Of a stretch of DNA of 64,000 bases, positions 60,879 through 64,000 are shown piece after piece (position 1 is the stretch's first letter; each line of letters starts with the position of its first letter). This DNA is from an uncultured Verrucomicrobiae bacterium. Lineage in GTDB: Bacteria; Chlamydiota; Chlamydiia; Chlamydiales; Rhabdochlamydiaceae. Under the pieces are notes generated by a model. It saw only the letters and a program-made list of their open reading frames with translations. It was not told where the DNA came from and made no database searches. Made by a program: the position numbers and the translations under genes. The stretch is taken from NCBI GenBank assembly GCA_963806855.1, contig CAWDYW010000003.1, positions 64,001-128,000 on the forward strand. Direction: 5' to 3'.

Positions 60879-62030
60879 ATGAAATTGCTAATTAAGCCTT
60901 TCCAGCTGAGATCGTTGCAGATTCGCAATCGCATAGTGATGGCCCCGATGACGCGTAATAAATCCAAAAGAGGCATACCAGGTGATGACGTTGCCCAATA
61001 TTATCAAAAACGTGCTGAAGGAGGCGTAGGTCTTATTATCACAGAAGGCACCATAATTGGACACAAAGCTTCAAATGGTTATCCGGACGTTCCACATTTT
61101 TATGGCGAAGAAGCTTTAAAAGGATGGGAACGGGTTGTTGAAGGAGTTCATCAAGCAGGTGGAAAAATTTTTCCTCAGATTTGGCATGTTGGGAGCATTC
61201 GTCAGACTCACCATCATTGTCATAATGAAGGAGTGGACAATCTTGGAGAACAATGTTGTTACAATGCAAGAGTGCCAGGGTATGCGCCATCACCTGTGCC
61301 ACATCCTTATGTTGAAGGAGCAGAGATTCCTCATGAGATGACCTTAAAAGATATAGAAGAGGTGATTCAGGCATTTGCTAAGGCTGCCCTAGAGGCAAAA
61401 ACACTAGGATTCGATGGAGTGGAAATCCATGGAGCTCATGGATATCTTATCGATCAATTTTTTTGGGATCGTACAAATAAAAGACATGATCAGTATGGAG
61501 GCAAAAGTATTTCACAGAGAGTACAGTTTGGCGTTGAGGTCGTCCAAGCAGTTCGAAATGCTGTGGGTCCAGATTTTCCAATCGATTTTCGCTTTTCTCA
61601 ATGGAAATTGGGAGACTATAAGGCAAAACTTGCTCATTCTCCTATAGAATTAGAATCGTTTCTTGATCCATTAGCAAAAGCAGGTGTAGATCTATTTCAT
61701 TGCAGTACTCGTCGTTTTTGGGAACCAGAGTTTGCTGATTCTCCATTAAACTTGGCCGGATGGACAAAAAAAATTACAGGGAAACCAACAATTACCGTGG
61801 GTTCTGTCGGACTGGACGATGATTTTGTCACTACCATGTCTAAGCACTTTTCTCCTCACCAGAGTCAGGATAAAATGAATATTCTGTTGCAGTCTTTTCA
61901 ACAAGGAGAATTCGATTTAGTAGCCGTTGGAAGATCCCTTTTGGCTGACCCATTTTGGCTTCAGAAAATAATAGAGGGACGCTTTGATGAGATTATTCCC
62001 TTTTCCGAAGAAGCCCTGACTAAATTATGA
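60879..62030 (+). CDS. NADH:flavin oxidoreductase (Old Yellow Enzyme family)
   Basis: NRIVMAPMTR, QIWHVG, EIHGAHGYLIDQF, DLVAVGR. Confidence 0.93.
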   Translation: MKLLIKPFQLRSLQIRNRIVMAPMTRNKSKRGIPGDDVAQYYQKRAEGGVGLIITEGTIIGHKASNGYPDVPHFYGEEALKGWERVVEGVHQAGGKIFPQIWHVGSIRQTHHHCHNEGVDNLGEQCCYNARVPGYAPSPVPHPYVEGAEIPHEMTLKDIEEVIQAFAKAALEAKTLGFDGVEIHGAHGYLIDQFFWDRTNKRHDQYGGKSISQRVQFGVEVVQAVRNAVGPDFPIDFRFSQWKLGDYKAKLAHSPIELESFLDPLAKAGVDLFHCSTRRFWEPEFADSPLNLAGWTKKITGKPTITVGSVGLDDDFVTTMSKHFSPHQSQDKMNILLQSFQQGEFDLVAVGRSLLADPFWLQKIIEGRFDEIIPFSEEALTKL

Positions 62031-62104
62031 TTCTCTGTTCTTCATTTTTCATATAGACTGGATATAAATAAAATTTTATATCAATGCATGAAGCAATTCA
62101 TTGC

Positions 62105-62274
62105 TATACTGCGCCCGCTTAGGTTTTGCGAATTTTGGGAGTCTCAGAGCGTGCCCAGATACGAAGGATCATGACGAGGAAGATATTCCTGTAATATCTT
62201 CGAGGAGAGATCCTTCGTAGATGGGTCGCTATGATGGCTTCAAAAATTCGCAAAACCTAAGCGGGGGCAGTATA
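62105..62274. mobile_element. 170-bp MITE-like nested palindrome
   Basis: Terminal arms TATACTGCGCCCGCTTAGGTTTTGCGAATTTT / AAAATTCGCAAAACCTAAGCGGGGGCAGTATA (one mismatch); inner stems TACGAAGGATC/GATCCTTCGTA and GAAGATATT/AATATCTTC. Confidence 0.85.
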
Positions 62275-62287
62275 AATGGGAGATTGG

Positions 62288-63130
62288 ATGAAGGATTTTT
62301 TGAGCGCGCGGACGATGTTATTTACTCCCGGTAATCGCCCTGAACGTTTTGAAAAAGCAAAAGAAGCAGGAGCAGATGGGGTTATCATCGATTTAGAAGA
62401 TGCTATTTCCCTTGCAGAAAAAGATAAAGCGCGTGAAATCGTCATTCAATACTTTAAAAATTCCTCACCAACCAAAAACTTTTTGCATTGTTTGCGCATC
62501 AACAGCATCAAAACAGCCCCGGGATTAAAAGATATTTCTGCGCTGATTGATAATCATATTTCTCCAGATGTCATTCTCATTCCGAAAACAGAGTATGCGG
62601 CAGAGATTATTATTCTGGACGCTCTACTGCAGCCTCGCTCTATTCCTTATATCGCACTTATCGAAACCGCCAGAGGACTTCAAAATGCCGATGAGATTGC
62701 ATTAAGCAGCCCCAATATAAAAGCAATTTGTTTTGGCGGTGCAGATCTCGCGGCTGATTTAGGAGCAATTCTAACATGGGAGTCGATGCTAAATGCACGC
62801 TCACAAATTGTTCGTTCTGCAGCAATTGCTGGGATAGCAGCATTTGATGTGCCGTATTTAAATCTTCACGATTCAGACGATAGCGGAATATTGGAAGAAA
62901 CTAGACGAGTTAAAGCGTTGGGATTTACTGGAAAATTTGCTATTCATCCTAAACATATTAAACCTATCTTGGATTCATTTACACCATCAGAAGAAGAAGT
63001 TGAGCAGGCACGACTTATTGTCGATGCTTATGAGAAGGCGCGGGGCAATGCATGCGAAATCAACGGAAAAATGATCGATGTTCCCATTGCGCGATCAGCC
63101 AAACGGATATTGGCAATAATAAATCATTAA
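62288..63130 (+). CDS. CitE/HpcH-family CoA-ester lyase (RipC/Ccl-like)
   Basis: LFTPGNRPERF, IIDLEDA, LRIN, LIET, FGGADL, GKFAIHP, MIDVP. Confidence 0.9.
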   Translation: MKDFLSARTMLFTPGNRPERFEKAKEAGADGVIIDLEDAISLAEKDKAREIVIQYFKNSSPTKNFLHCLRINSIKTAPGLKDISALIDNHISPDVILIPKTEYAAEIIILDALLQPRSIPYIALIETARGLQNADEIALSSPNIKAICFGGADLAADLGAILTWESMLNARSQIVRSAAIAGIAAFDVPYLNLHDSDDSGILEETRRVKALGFTGKFAIHPKHIKPILDSFTPSEEEVEQARLIVDAYEKARGNACEINGKMIDVPIARSAKRILAIINH

Positions 63131-63146
63131 TTTTAAGGATCAAGCT

Positions 63147-64000
63147 ATGTCTCTTTTTAAAGCTTATATTAAAATCGGTGAAAATCGTTATCGTGAAAAT
63201 TTCGGTTTAAGCTTTGAAGAATTTCAAATACGTCAAAAATTCAAACATCGTCCTGGCGTAACCATCAGCCAGCAGGATAATAAAGATGAAGCATTAGATA
63301 CCATTAATAATGCACAATTACATTATGATGAGCATTACGCTGAACAAACCGAGTGGGAAAAATGTCTAGGGGTCAGTACGCTCACTTTGCAAAATGTAAT
63401 TGGCATGACATGGAAAACTTTTGGCAGAAAACAACGGATTATTAGCTATGATGATATTTCAATGACTCATCCGGTCTATGGCGGTGACACTCTATACGCT
63501 GAATCTGAAATCATCAGCAAAGATGAATGTCCTCAAGATTCCAATTTAGGCATTTTACATATTGCAACTCAAGGCCTTAATCAACATGGTGACGTTGTTT
63601 CTAAAATTCAATACCAGATGCTAGTCTATAAAGCAGGCAAACATCCATTAGATAAAAAACTAACCAGTGCCGCTTTTGATTTAAAAGATGAAAAATTTTC
63701 ATTATATCGTCAATTGTCTGATGGTCGTTATATTGAACAAATAGGAATCCCTTATGAAGAGCTCGAAATTGGAGAGACTTACGAGCATAGGCCTGAAAAA
63801 ACTTTTACTGCCGAAGAAACCAGAATCCACTCACTGAGATCATTAGATTGGAACCCGCAATATGCCGATTTTAATTACGCTGAAAAGTTTCTCGACGGCA
63901 AAATTCCTGTTAATGAAACCTTTCTCATCGGAGCAATAACTGCACTAACCACACGCACCTTTGGTCGCGTCGTTGCCAATTTACAATGGAAAAATATTAA
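63147..64000 (+). CDS. MaoC-family hydratase with two tandem RipB-like hotdog domains; runs off the window; absent from the ORF track
   Basis: Manual translation MSLFKAYIKIGENRYRENFGLSFEEF...HRPGVTISQQDN...LHYD...HPVYGGDTLYAESE; a second copy starts YRQLSDGRYIEQIGIPYEEL...HRPEKT. Confidence 0.88.
   Translation, partial: MSLFKAYIKIGENRYRENFGLSFEEFQIRQKFKHRPGVTISQQDNKDEALDTINNAQLHYDEHYAEQTEWEKCLGVSTLTLQNVIGMTWKTFGRKQRIISYDDISMTHPVYGGDTLYAESEIISKDECPQDSNLGILHIATQGLNQHGDVVSKIQYQMLVYKAGKHPLDKKLTSAAFDLKDEKFSLYRQLSDGRYIEQIGIPYEELEIGETYEHRPEKTFTAEETRIHSLRSLDWNPQYADFNYAEKFLDGKIPVNETFLIGAITALTTRTFGRVVANLQWKNI

Overview
This window comes from an environmental Chlamydiae (Chlamydiota) genome. The call rests on chlamydia-type synteny: dnaE-bamD-lptE-like-rsbW-hypothetical-dacC; lnt-lpxC-fabZ-lpxA-fmt-Cap1/Inc-like-rplC; an S10/spc/alpha cluster lacking rpsJ, rpsN, rpmD and rpsD; and rplQ-gapA-grgA. 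It has three parts. (1) 1-9.6 kb is accessory: a secreted Asp-box/BNR protein missed by the ORF track, a glycine-rich autotransporter, an RhuM remnant, a beta-lactamase-family lipoprotein and a methyltransferase/2OG-oxygenase pair. (2) 9.7-42.1 kb is core genome, with fabZ and lpxA broken by a local cluster of indels that is probably sequencing error. (3) From tRNA-Leu(TAA) to the window end is accessory: a tRNA-linked array of three ~125-bp structured repeats, an IS903-like remnant, a 15-bp att-like copy of the anticodon arm, MITE-like palindromes, truncated Bro-N/DinD/RecG-C genes, brnQ with a putative leader peptide, mgtA, a SET-domain gene, kdpFABC plus a beta-barrel gene, and a CoA-transferase/OYE/CitE/tandem-MaoC cluster resembling itaconate degradation. 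The most interesting candidates are the tRNA-anchored repeat array, the Rip-like itaconate module, an in-frame palindromic repeat that encodes a lipoprotein signal peptide, the brnQ leader, and palindromes inside three truncated DNA-binding-domain genes. All family assignments come from manual motif recognition; no database searches were run.
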